Shown: piece by piece, positions 55,230 to 64,000 of the stretch
Layout of the letters: each line of letters begins with the position of its first letter
Numbering within the stretch: position 1 is the first letter of the stretch
Assembly: GCA_963822445.1 (NCBI GenBank)
Contig: CAWGHO010000003.1
Location: forward strand, 96,001-160,000
Direction: 5' to 3'
DNA length: 64,000 nucleotides
Source: an uncultured Acidobacteriota bacterium
Lineage (GTDB): Bacteria; Acidobacteriota; Thermoanaerobaculia; Gp7-AA8
The notes under the pieces: model-generated
The model's input: the letters and a program-made list of their open reading frames with translations, nothing else
Told to the model about the DNA's origin: nothing
Database searches by the model: none
Program-made: the position numbers and the translations under genes

Positions 55230-57224
55230 TTACCGCGGAAACGCTTCCTTCACGCCCCCATCCACCGGCAGCATCGTCCCCGTCGTCTTCGCCGACCGCG
55301 GTCCCGCCAGAAACAGCGCCGCCTCGGCCACGTCGTCCGCGGTCACCTCGATTTTGAGCAGCGTGCGATTGCGATAGAAATCCGGCAGCTTGTCCGTCTC
55401 GACGCCGTACGCCTGCGCGCGCATCGAGCGCATCTCCTCGCTCCAGAACCGCGAGCCGCCGAAGATGGCGTCGGGGTTGAGCATGTTGGCGCGAATCCCA
55501 TGCTCGCCTCCCTCCAGCGCCACGATCCGGCACAGCTGCGCCTCGGCGGCCTTGCTCACGCTGTACGCGCCGAACTCCTTGCCCGGCGCCGTCACGTTTT
55601 TCGAGGCGTTGAAGACGATGCTTCCGCCGGTACCCTGCGCTTTCATGATGCGGATCGCCGCGCGCGCGACGAGGAAATGGCCGCGGGCATTGACGGCGAA
55701 GGCGCGATCCCAGTCGGCCGTGGCTAATGTGTCCAGCTTGCCGAACGACGAGATGCCGGCGTTGCTGACCACGACGTCCACGCCGCCGTACTCGCGAATG
55801 GTCTCTTCGAACGCGCGCTCGACGTTTTCTTCGCTCGCCACATCGAGCGACAGCGCGACCGCGCGGCGAAGGCCATGTTTCCTCACGATCGAGCTGGCGA
55901 CCTCCTGAGCGAGCGTCAGGTCGATGTCCGTCACCACGACATGCGCGCCCTCTTCGGCGAATCGTTCCGCGCAGGCGCGGCCGATGCCGCTCGCGGCGCC
56001 GGTGATGATCGCCACTTTGCTGGCCAGCTCCTTCTCTTTCGGCAGCAGCGTCAGTTTGTAGAGCTCGAGCGGCCAGTACTCGGCGTGAAACGCGTCGGGA
56101 TCGTTCAGCGACTCGTATCCGCCGACTGCTTCGGCCGCGGCGAGGATGCGCATGGTGTGGCGATAGATGTCGCGAACGATCCGCGCCGCACGCGCGTCCT
56201 TGCCCGCCGTCCACATCCCGACGCCAGGCATGAGCACGATGCGCGGATTCGGATCGAGCATCGCGAACTCGCTCGGATGCGCGCGGTAGTGGCTCTCGTA
56301 GCGTTCGACATACGCGCGCGTCGCCGCGGCGATGTCCTCGCCTTGATTGACGAAGAGCGGGAAACGCTTGGTGTAGAGCAAATGATCGGGCGTGGCCGCG
56401 CCGATCTGGGTGATGCGCGCCGCGTCCTCGCGCGCGAGGAAGTCGAGCGTTTCGGGGGAGTCGTCGAATTCGAGGATCCGCCCGGCTCTGATCTGGAGTG
56501 CGGCGGCTCTGCCGCCGCTTTCACTGAGCGCGGAGCGCGGCTCCGCCGCGTGGGAAAGCGGCAGCAGAGCCTGCCGCACTCCAAATTCTTCAGCCTTGCT
56601 CACCAACTCCACATGCTTCTCATACGCCTCTTTCGCCGTCTCCCCCCACGTGATCAACCCATGGTTCATCAGGATCAGCCCCTCGGCATCGGGCTGCCTG
56701 TCGAATGCATCCGCAACGTCGCGGCTCAGCCGGAATCCCGGCCGACGATACGGAACGGTGATCACCGAGTCGCCGAAACACTTCCGCACGGTCTCTTCCC
56801 GCCCGCGCGTATTCGTGAGCGCGAGGATCGCGTCGGCGTGCGTGTGCAGGACGGCTTTCGCCGGCAGGAACGCGTGCAACAGCGTCTCGATCGATGGTCG
56901 CGCGCTGGCGGGATCGATCAGGCATTTGGCCAGGTAATCGACCATCTCCTGATCGGTCATGTCCTCGTCGCGTTGCCGCAGCGGCGCGATGTAATCGAGG
57001 CGAACCGCGGGAAACTGCTTCGGCACGATCGACTTCATGTCGCTGCCGCTGCTCTTGATGTACATGACCTCGACCGGACGGCCGAGGAGGTCGGTGGCGG
57101 AGGACTTCACGCTGTTGTTGCCGCCGCCCCAGAGGACGAGGTCTTCCTCCATCCCCACGAGTCGCGACTGGTAAACGAGCTGGTCGATTTCGTTATCGGG
57201 CGTCTCCGCCCAGCGGGTCTGCAT
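55230..57224 (-). CDS. Bifunctional class II aldolase/short-chain dehydrogenase (rhamnulose-1-phosphate aldolase-SDR type)
   Basis: GGGNNSVK, PSIETLLH, HTH, NHGL, EYWPLE; TGAASGIG, NAG, YSVSK. Confidence 0.9.
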   Translation of the reverse strand: MQTRWAETPDNEIDQLVYQSRLVGMEEDLVLWGGGNNSVKSSATDLLGRPVEVMYIKSSGSDMKSIVPKQFPAVRLDYIAPLRQRDEDMTDQEMVDYLAKCLIDPASARPSIETLLHAFLPAKAVLHTHADAILALTNTRGREETVRKCFGDSVITVPYRRPGFRLSRDVADAFDRQPDAEGLILMNHGLITWGETAKEAYEKHVELVSKAEEFGVRQALLPLSHAAEPRSALSESGGRAAALQIRAGRILEFDDSPETLDFLAREDAARITQIGAATPDHLLYTKRFPLFVNQGEDIAAATRAYVERYESHYRAHPSEFAMLDPNPRIVLMPGVGMWTAGKDARAARIVRDIYRHTMRILAAAEAVGGYESLNDPDAFHAEYWPLELYKLTLLPKEKELASKVAIITGAASGIGRACAERFAEEGAHVVVTDIDLTLAQEVASSIVRKHGLRRAVALSLDVASEENVERAFEETIREYGGVDVVVSNAGISSFGKLDTLATADWDRAFAVNARGHFLVARAAIRIMKAQGTGGSIVFNASKNVTAPGKEFGAYSVSKAAEAQLCRIVALEGGEHGIRANMLNPDAIFGGSRFWSEEMRSMRAQAYGVETDKLPDFYRNRTLLKIEVTADDVAEAALFLAGPRSAKTTGTMLPVDGGVKEAFPR
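56494..56583. repeat. REP-like palindromic element, copy 2, in frame inside the aldolase/SDR gene
   Basis: 90 bp; its reverse complement is highly similar to 40527-40615. Confidence 0.85.
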
Positions 57225-57279
57225 GGCGGCGGATTATACGGAGCCGTTTGCGCTAGACTCGCGCCCGAGAGGTAGCACA

Positions 57280-58014
57280 ATGGTTTCGCATCGTTCCTTC
57301 GCGGGTGCTGTGCTTCTGTTCAGCGCGTCCTTCGTCGCGGCGGATGACACGCCTCCTGTCGTCACCGCCAACATCGCCGGCACCTCCGGCGACAACGGCT
57401 GGTACACGTCCGATGTGGGCATTTCCTGGACGACCGTCGACGAGGAATCGACAGTCTTCACGACGACCGGATGCGAAGCCGACGTGCTGACGCAGGACGA
57501 CACTGCCCGCACCTACACCTGTTCCGCAACCTCGGATGGCGGGACGACCGTCGTCTCTCAGACCATCTCCCGTGACACCGTCGGACCGGTCATCGATTAC
57601 AGCGGCGATCAGAGCACGTACGCGGTCAGCGATGAGATTCAGATCTTCTGCAATACCTTCGACGCAACCGCCGGTGTCGCGTCGTCGACCTGTACGGACA
57701 TCGCCGGGAGCGCATTGAGCTTCGACGTGGGCACCCACGCGTTCACATCGACAGCAACCGACAACGCCGGCAACGTCACCACCGCCACCGTTTCATTCAA
57801 CGTGGTCGTCACTCACGCCGGCCTCGCTGTACTCGTCAACCAATACGTCACGAAGGCCAGCGTTGCACGAAGTCTGACGCGCAAGCTCGACGCGGCTGCC
57901 GCCGGAAATGTCCGAGCGATCGACTCCTTCATCAGGACGGTGACGCGCGAGACCGGCCAGAGCATCAGCGCCGCGGACGCCGCGACACTGCTCCGGCTGG
58001 TCGCTTTGCTCTGA
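57280..58014 (+). CDS. Secreted protein with Ig-like repeats
   Basis: Signal peptide; DTPPVV...GDNGWYTSDV, TATDNAGN. Confidence 0.65.
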   Translation: MVSHRSFAGAVLLFSASFVAADDTPPVVTANIAGTSGDNGWYTSDVGISWTTVDEESTVFTTTGCEADVLTQDDTARTYTCSATSDGGTTVVSQTISRDTVGPVIDYSGDQSTYAVSDEIQIFCNTFDATAGVASSTCTDIAGSALSFDVGTHAFTSTATDNAGNVTTATVSFNVVVTHAGLAVLVNQYVTKASVARSLTRKLDAAAAGNVRAIDSFIRTVTRETGQSISAADAATLLRLVALL

Positions 58015-58032
58015 CGCGATATCCTTCCGTCG

Positions 58033-59154
58033 ATGTCCCTAACCGCCCGCGAACGCGGTCGACTGGTCGACAACCTCGTCGATGAGCTGAACGGCGCCGC
58101 GCTGTACGACGCGCTGGCCGTGGCCGAGAAGGACGAGCGGCTCGCCGAGGTTTATCGCCGGCTCGCGGTCGTCGAGCGCCGTCACGCCGATCGCTGGCGG
58201 AAGAAACTCGAGGACGCCGGCGAGAAGCTTCCCGACTTCAAGCCCTCATGGCGAACGCGCACCCTGGCCTTCCTTGCCGGCCGTTTTGGCGCGCGGATCG
58301 TCCTGCCCTCGGTGCAATCGCTCGAGCGCGCCGGAACCAACAAGTACGCGACGCAGGTCGATGCGCAGGATTTCCACGGCGACGAGCGTTCGCACATGCG
58401 GGTCATCAAGCTGATGTCGTCGACCGGCGGCGGCTTTGCCGGAAACGACGTCGCGCGCATCGAAGGCCGTCATCGCGCCACCGGAGGCAATGCCCTCCGC
58501 GCGGCGGTCCTCGGCGCAAACGACGGCCTCGTGTCGAACCTCAGTCTGGTGATGGGCGTGGCCGGCGCGGCGTTCAGCGAGCGGACGATTCTCATCACCG
58601 GTCTCGCGGGTCTCCTCGCTGGCGCGTCGTCCATGGCTCTCGGGGAGTGGCTTTCCGTGCAGAGCTCGCGCGAGTTCTATCGCCATCAGATTGCGACCGA
58701 GGAAGAAGAGCTGCGCACGATGCCGGAGGAAGAGGAAGAGGAGCTCGCGCTGATTTATCAGGCCCGCGGACTCGGCGAGGAGCAGGCTCGCGCGTTCGCC
58801 CGGAAGATGATGAGCAACGAGGCCACCGCGCTGTCGACGCTCGCGCGTGAAGAGCTGGGGATCAATCCCGAGGAGCTGGGTGGCTCGGCGTGGGAAGCGG
58901 CCATCGTCTCCTTCGTCCTTTTTTCTCTTGGCGCGATCGTGCCGGTCATCCCGTTTCTCTTCGCGAACGGCAGCAATGCCATTCTGTTGAGCATCCTCTT
59001 CAGCATCGTCGCGCTGTTCATCGTCGGCGGCGGCATTACTCTGTACACCGGCCGATCGGTTTTCTTTTCAGGAACGCGACAGGTCGTCTTCGGGATGGCC
59101 GCGGCCGCGCTGACCTTCGGGATCGGCCGTCTGGTCGGCATTTCCATGGCGTGA
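58033..59154 (+). CDS. Rubrerythrin-like/VIT1-CCC1 fusion metal transporter
   Basis: ExxH ferritin-like N-terminus (ERRH, ERSH); LRAAVLGANDGLVS, SMALGEWLS, REELG. Confidence 0.9.
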   Translation: MSLTARERGRLVDNLVDELNGAALYDALAVAEKDERLAEVYRRLAVVERRHADRWRKKLEDAGEKLPDFKPSWRTRTLAFLAGRFGARIVLPSVQSLERAGTNKYATQVDAQDFHGDERSHMRVIKLMSSTGGGFAGNDVARIEGRHRATGGNALRAAVLGANDGLVSNLSLVMGVAGAAFSERTILITGLAGLLAGASSMALGEWLSVQSSREFYRHQIATEEEELRTMPEEEEEELALIYQARGLGEEQARAFARKMMSNEATALSTLAREELGINPEELGGSAWEAAIVSFVLFSLGAIVPVIPFLFANGSNAILLSILFSIVALFIVGGGITLYTGRSVFFSGTRQVVFGMAAAALTFGIGRLVGISMA

Positions 59155-59168
59155 TTGCGAGGTGACGA

Positions 59169-59612
59169 ATGAGATCGATGTTCAATGACGAAGACCGTTC
59201 CTCGATGGTTGCGCGCATCGACCGCGTAGCCAGCGGCGCGAAAGCGCGCTGGGGAAAGATGAACGCCGAGCAGATGCTCGCGCACCTCGTCGAGTCGATG
59301 CGCATGGCCGTTGGCGAGATCACGCCGCGGTCTAAAAAACTGCCCTTGCGTTACTTTCCGCTCAAGCAGCTCGTCATCTATTGGCTGCCGTTTCCGAAAG
59401 GCTCGCCGACCGCGCCGGAGCTGCTGCCGAAAGAGAGCGGCACGATCGATCGCGGCAAGAGCGAGCTTGTGCGGCTGATGCGCCTCTTCGTCGAGCGCGC
59501 CAATGAGCCGCAGTGGCCGGAGCATCCCGCGTTCGGCAAGCTCACGAAGCAGGGCTGGGGCGTGCTCACATACCGCCACTTCGATCATCACCTCAGACAA
59601 TTCGGCGTGTAG
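59169..59612 (+). CDS. DUF1569/DinB-like protein
   Basis: WGKMNAEQMLAH, HPAFGKL...W...HFDHHLRQFG. Confidence 0.85.
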   Translation: MRSMFNDEDRSSMVARIDRVASGAKARWGKMNAEQMLAHLVESMRMAVGEITPRSKKLPLRYFPLKQLVIYWLPFPKGSPTAPELLPKESGTIDRGKSELVRLMRLFVERANEPQWPEHPAFGKLTKQGWGVLTYRHFDHHLRQFGV

Positions 59613-59644
59613 GAACTTTCTTTAGGCATGGCCGTCGTAGACGC

Positions 59645-59974
59645 ATGCGAATCAAGAACACTTCACTCCGCACAATCGCCCTCGCCCTCATCACCGTATC
59701 GCTGATCGCCACCGCCACAATTGCCGAGGACCGTCCGCTCGCTCGCGAGCCGCGGGTCATCGTGCAATTCAATTCGAAACCCGACTACGCCGAGCTGTAC
59801 GTCGACGGCCAGTTCGTGGCAAGCACGGACGTAGCGTTGCGCCTCACACCAGGGAAACACGTCATCGAGATGCGCCGCGACGGCTTCGAGACCTGGTGCC
59901 GCGAGCTCAACGTGACGCTCGACAATCCGACGCGGGTGGTGGGGTTGCTGAAGCAGACGCGCGGGAACGATTAG
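59645..59974 (+). CDS. PEGA domain protein
   Basis: Signal peptide; SKPDYAELYVDG...LTPGKHVIEMRRDGF. Confidence 0.8.
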   Translation: MRIKNTSLRTIALALITVSLIATATIAEDRPLAREPRVIVQFNSKPDYAELYVDGQFVASTDVALRLTPGKHVIEMRRDGFETWCRELNVTLDNPTRVVGLLKQTRGND

Positions 59975-61515
59975 CGCCGCACGCGCTTCGCAATCTCCTC
60001 GCGCATCGTCTTGGTGTTCTTCAACAGCTCCGCGTCGGTCATCTCCGGAATGACACGATCGAGCACGGCCAGCGCTTCGGCGTACTTGCCTTTGTTGGCG
60101 AGGTCGATCGCTTCATTGATCTGGCGAACCTGCTCGCGCTCCTGTAATCGCTCGAGCAGGTTCCGAACATCGGCGTCGGCGGGCCAGAGCGATTGTGCTT
60201 TCAGGATCGCGTCGATTCCGGGACGGACGTCGCCGGTGCCCGCAAGATAGGTGATGGCGATGCCCATCCACGCACGCGCCGATTCGGGATCGAGCTCCGT
60301 CGCTCTTGTGAACAACGACCGCGCGCGCAGCAGCTGATCGGCGGACGAACGACCGGACTCTTCGAGCTGCTGCATGATGCTGCGGCCGAGGAGGATGTAG
60401 ACCATCGGGTCGTCGCTCCCCAGTTCCGCCGCCCGGGCAAAAGCCCCCTCAGCCGCCTTGTCATCGCCGGTGAGATCGTGCAGCCGGCCCAGATCCGCAA
60501 ATGCGCCGGCATGGCGGGGATTGATCGCCAGTGTCGCGTCGAGAAACTTTCGCGCGGTCGGCAGGAGCTGGCGGTCGACGTATCCGAGGAGGTGGCCGAG
60601 CTCGTACAGCAGCGCGTCCCGCTTCATCGGTTCCGGCTTCGGCGGCTCCTTGATCTTCAGCTCGTCCAGCGAGTACTTCGTGTACTTCATCCCGAATCTG
60701 CGAACGTAGACCCGCAGCTCCTCCTCGAGCTGTTTGTAGGTGATGCCGAACGCCTGCTGGAACGACTCGTCGACCGTTTTCCCCTGGCTGTTGAGAAGCA
60801 GGAACTTCGACAACTGCGCGCGGCGCTCCTCGTTCCCGATCATCAGGTAGTGCAGCAGCGCCCATGACTGCGCGTAGAACACGCCGGCGCGCGTTCCCTC
60901 GTTGTAGTCGGGCGAGTGGCGATCCATCGAGAAGAGATCGCGCAGGGGGATGAGCTGCTCGCGGCGCAGCCAGTTGACGTGTTCGGGCACCGGGCGGCCG
61001 ATGTGAATCTCCTCGCCGGACGAGCGGAAGGTCGAGTAGTACTCCGCGATTCCTTCGCCGAGCCAGAGCGGGACGTTTCCGACGGTGTTGTTGACGAAGT
61101 AGTGGGTGAGCTCGTGATAGACGAGGCGATCGATTCCGCCCGGCGAGTCAGCACGGAGAAGGATGAAGTTCGCGTCTTCGCTGCCGAGGAAAACGCCGCT
61201 GATGTTCTGCGGGGCTCGTTGAAACATCGCGTCGCGATACGGGCCGAAGGTCCTCTCGTTCGCGAACAGGAACACTTTCGTCGGGATTGGCGAGCGCACT
61301 TTCAGGCGGCTGACCTTGCCGACTGCTTCGCGCATCCGTAGGAGGTCGCGGGCGACGTCGAGTGCCAGCGATGGGGAGGCGTTGCTGAAGATCTCGATGT
61401 CGTCGGCGCGGACGGCGATCCACTTCTCGTTCTCGCGGGGCAGCTCCGGAGGGCCCGCGGCGGCGGTGGCGAACGCGAGCACGAGGGTGAGGATCGCGAC
61501 GAGGAACCGGAGCAT
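59971..61515 (-). CDS. Exported HExxH (DUF1570/gluzincin-like) plus TPR protein
   Basis: HELTH...PLWLGEGIAEY...FYAQSWAL; TPR-like repeats. Confidence 0.75.
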   Translation of the reverse strand: MLRFLVAILTLVLAFATAAAGPPELPRENEKWIAVRADDIEIFSNASPSLALDVARDLLRMREAVGKVSRLKVRSPIPTKVFLFANERTFGPYRDAMFQRAPQNISGVFLGSEDANFILLRADSPGGIDRLVYHELTHYFVNNTVGNVPLWLGEGIAEYYSTFRSSGEEIHIGRPVPEHVNWLRREQLIPLRDLFSMDRHSPDYNEGTRAGVFYAQSWALLHYLMIGNEERRAQLSKFLLLNSQGKTVDESFQQAFGITYKQLEEELRVYVRRFGMKYTKYSLDELKIKEPPKPEPMKRDALLYELGHLLGYVDRQLLPTARKFLDATLAINPRHAGAFADLGRLHDLTGDDKAAEGAFARAAELGSDDPMVYILLGRSIMQQLEESGRSSADQLLRARSLFTRATELDPESARAWMGIAITYLAGTGDVRPGIDAILKAQSLWPADADVRNLLERLQEREQVRQINEAIDLANKGKYAEALAVLDRVIPEMTDAELLKNTKTMREEIAKRVRR

Positions 61516-61579
61516 GCGAACTAGTATGAAGGCTCGCGCGTCTCACGCTGAAACGCGACCCACGTTGCCCGGAGGATCC

Positions 61580-62314
61580 ATGCGTCGATTGGTATTTCTG
61601 CTGCTTGCTGCCGTTCCGCTTCATGCCGACGTACTGACCGACGTGCGCACCGCGCTGGGACGGCTCACCGCCACCACCCCGATCCGGGCCACCTTCGAGC
61701 TGCAGCGGAACGACACCGAGGAGGGCAAGTTCTCGAACGTCAAGTACGGTGGCAAGGCGGCGGTCGAGCTCGAGGCGGAAGGGGAGACGTTCAAGGTGGT
61801 GATCCCGCGGGCGATGCTCGAGCAGGTGGCGAAGGAGCTCGACGCCCGGGCCAAGAATCCCGATCTGCCGACGCCGACCGAGCGGGCGCTCAACGACATC
61901 AGCACCGTCGTCGCGTCGGAGTCAGTGGACGGCGCACCTTCACTACTGCGGATGATCGATGACGCGAAAGTGCTGTCCGACGCCGCCGGTACCTGGGCGG
62001 GCAAGCCGGCACGAGTGGTCGTTCTGCGTCTCGCCGACAGGATGATGAAAGGGCCGGGCAAGGTCACCATCCTGGAAAACAAACTGACCCTCTGGCTGGG
62101 TGCCGATCACGTTCCCCTGGCCGCGGAGCACATCCGCAACCTGAAGTTCTCCTTCCTCGTGTTCAAGACCGAACAGAAGTCGAAGCGGAGCTGGCATTAC
62201 GGGCGGTCGGGCGACCGGCTCCTCCGCGATCGCTACGAATCGAACGAGACCACCTCGGGAATGGGACAGAAGGGGAACGACGTGGTGGTGTCGACGCTGA
62301 GAGTGTCTTCTTAA
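61580..62314 (+). CDS. Secreted hypothetical protein
   Basis: GGAGG RBS, signal peptide MRRLVFLLLAAVPLHA, host-like codon usage. Confidence 0.7.
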   Translation: MRRLVFLLLAAVPLHADVLTDVRTALGRLTATTPIRATFELQRNDTEEGKFSNVKYGGKAAVELEAEGETFKVVIPRAMLEQVAKELDARAKNPDLPTPTERALNDISTVVASESVDGAPSLLRMIDDAKVLSDAAGTWAGKPARVVVLRLADRMMKGPGKVTILENKLTLWLGADHVPLAAEHIRNLKFSFLVFKTEQKSKRSWHYGRSGDRLLRDRYESNETTSGMGQKGNDVVVSTLRVSS

Positions 62315-62344
62315 ATCCGGCGCGGGCGACTATGAGGTGCGGCA

Positions 62345-62995
62345 ATGCGACAATATTCGCTATTCACACACGGAACGGCGCTTGCGATAGAGAATCACGA
62401 GAACCTTGCTCATTCTGTGAAGCTGGGTTGGGGTACGCAAATCGTCTTCAGAGAGCCCGTTGGTAAGCCCCTGTTCCCACATTTCTTTCCACCTACGCCC
62501 AAAGAAATGGCGTGGCCCGACTTTGGGCCTGGCAGCTGGTTTCATCTCCCACTGTCCAACGTGATCGACACGTTTGGCAGCAGCACTCCGCAACTGGTCA
62601 GCGTGACGATCCTGTTTGCCACGAGCCATTGCCGCATAAAAGACCTTCACGTATGGGACGGAGCGACGATCGTAGAGGTGCTCGAGCTCGGAAAGTTCGG
62701 ACTCCACGGTGAGTTTATGGAGTCGCGCGACAGCAAAGACCTCAACCCTGACACTCCGTTTGGCAGTCCGAAAACCTTCGCTAATACAATTGCCCTTCGG
62801 AAGCCACACCGCGTCTTTTCGGCGATTGGATTGTCTTTCTTTGCCTGCGCTTTTTATGACGATTTCAAAGATGCGCTCGGCGATTCCAATCCGCCGCGCT
62901 TTGAGCCGTCGATATTGACTGTAGGCGCGGGCGGTGGTCAGTTTGTCGTCGACGATCGGTCATTAGTCACCTTGAGCTTGCGCGTGGGGCCGTGA
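62345..62995 (+). CDS. Hypothetical protein (DUF6623-like)
   Basis: HGT...E, WFH.P, HVWDG pattern recalled from that family; lower GC. Confidence 0.5.
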   Translation: MRQYSLFTHGTALAIENHENLAHSVKLGWGTQIVFREPVGKPLFPHFFPPTPKEMAWPDFGPGSWFHLPLSNVIDTFGSSTPQLVSVTILFATSHCRIKDLHVWDGATIVEVLELGKFGLHGEFMESRDSKDLNPDTPFGSPKTFANTIALRKPHRVFSAIGLSFFACAFYDDFKDALGDSNPPRFEPSILTVGAGGGQFVVDDRSLVTLSLRVGP

Positions 62996-63341
62996 GATCT
63001 CGCTCGTAGAAGAGTCTGTCAAAGGTCGTCCCGCCGAACGTGAAGTCGACGCTCGTGACGCCGAGGCCGAACGTGGTTTGATCGAGAGTGATCTCCCGGG
63101 CCGTTCGTCCCTCGATCCTCCGGCGGTTGATGAAGATTCCTTCCAGCGGTTCCGTCGTGCCATCGGCGAACCGGCTCGGCGCGAGCTCGCTCTGCACGTT
63201 GAGATAGCGCTCGATCACCACGCCGTGACGGTGCTTCGACTTCTGCTTTACCTTGTTGAGCCGCGCCAGCATTTCGTCGACGGTGAGCGCGTACGAGGAG
63301 ACCGCCGTCAGGAGAGAAAGGGCGAGCAGGATTTTTCGCAT
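62967..63341 (-). CDS. Small secreted hypothetical protein
   Basis: Signal peptide MRKILLALSLLTAVSSYA. Confidence 0.45.
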   Translation of the reverse strand: MRKILLALSLLTAVSSYALTVDEMLARLNKVKQKSKHRHGVVIERYLNVQSELAPSRFADGTTEPLEGIFINRRRIEGRTAREITLDQTTFGLGVTSVDFTFGGTTFDRLFYERDLTAPRASSR

Positions 63342-63497
63342 GGTTGGTTGGACGAAGGAGACGTGCGGGGGTTAGTTGGCTACGACGAACCACCTCGTCC
63401 CTGTGCCGCCGGCCAATCAAGACATCACGAGGCGCTTCAGCGCCGGGCGCGGCGAACGGCCCGCCGACAGCTCCTGGCAGTAGTTGGACGGCGAGAT

Positions 63498-63713
63498 CTA
63501 AGCGTACAGTAGACGACCGCGCGGCTCAGGAACCGGCCTTCCGAGCTGTTGTGCCGTTTCGATCCACTCGTCGATTACGAGGCGCACTTCAGCCAACGCC
63601 GCTTCGTAGGTAGGCCCATCGGCCGCACACCCAGGAAGTTCGGGAACTTCGGCAATAAAAGCGTCGTCTTCGACACTCCAATAGATGATCACTTCGTAAC
63701 GCGGTTCAGACAT
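63498..63713 (-). CDS. hicB: HicB antitoxin (short form)
   Basis: YEVIIYWS.ED..FIAEVPELPGC.ADG.T. Confidence 0.9.
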   Translation of the reverse strand: MSEPRYEVIIYWSVEDDAFIAEVPELPGCAADGPTYEAALAEVRLVIDEWIETAQQLGRPVPEPRGRLLYA

Positions 63714-63969
63714 CCTCATCCCCTGCTAGACGATAACGTGTAAGCACGTGCCTGACCTGCTTCACTTGGTAAGGCTTAGCTGTACCGTCACGCCTTGGTT
63801 GTAGATTCAAGATCTCCGCCACGCCTTCGCGCCAGAAAATACGGTGGCTGCCTGCTGTGCGAATCTGGAAATGCAAGTGTCCCAGCAGCGCCACGAGCTC
63901 ATCGAACAGAATGTTTTGATCGGCGCGGCCGCTAAGAATCTTTGCGAGCAACTTCGCTCGGGACGTCAC
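63706..63969 (-). CDS. hicA: HicA toxin
   Basis: GSHRIF...LNLQP...AKPYQVKQV. Confidence 0.88.
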   Translation of the reverse strand: MTSRAKLLAKILSGRADQNILFDELVALLGHLHFQIRTAGSHRIFWREGVAEILNLQPRRDGTAKPYQVKQVRHVLTRYRLAGDEDV

Positions 63970-64000
63970 ACCGAGAACGATAGCACGAACAACGCTGACG

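Overview
GC-rich bacterial window; the gene content resembles Acidobacteriota (Thermoanaerobaculia-like), which is an inference. Left to right it holds: a type IV pilus/T2SS-like locus with very large minor pilins, a sensor kinase and a prepilin peptidase; tRNA-Sec followed by vapBC; tonB-exbB-exbD-exbD; an IS110 element inserted in a REP-like palindrome, whose bridge-RNA guides and circle-junction promoter can be read from the sequence; a chemosensory operon coupled to a PAS kinase/sigma54 activator pair and a porin-binding protein-EAL operon; a low-GC islet beside tRNA-Ala; two genes the ORF track splits at an in-frame TGA at the first Cys of a CxxC motif (probable UxxC selenoproteins: an ArsC/Spx-like protein and an exported thioredoxin-TPR protein); an unexplained ~210-nt structured RNA candidate; several palindromic repeat families, some inside coding sequences; and hicAB. 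About seven frameshifts in otherwise intact genes look like sequencing errors.
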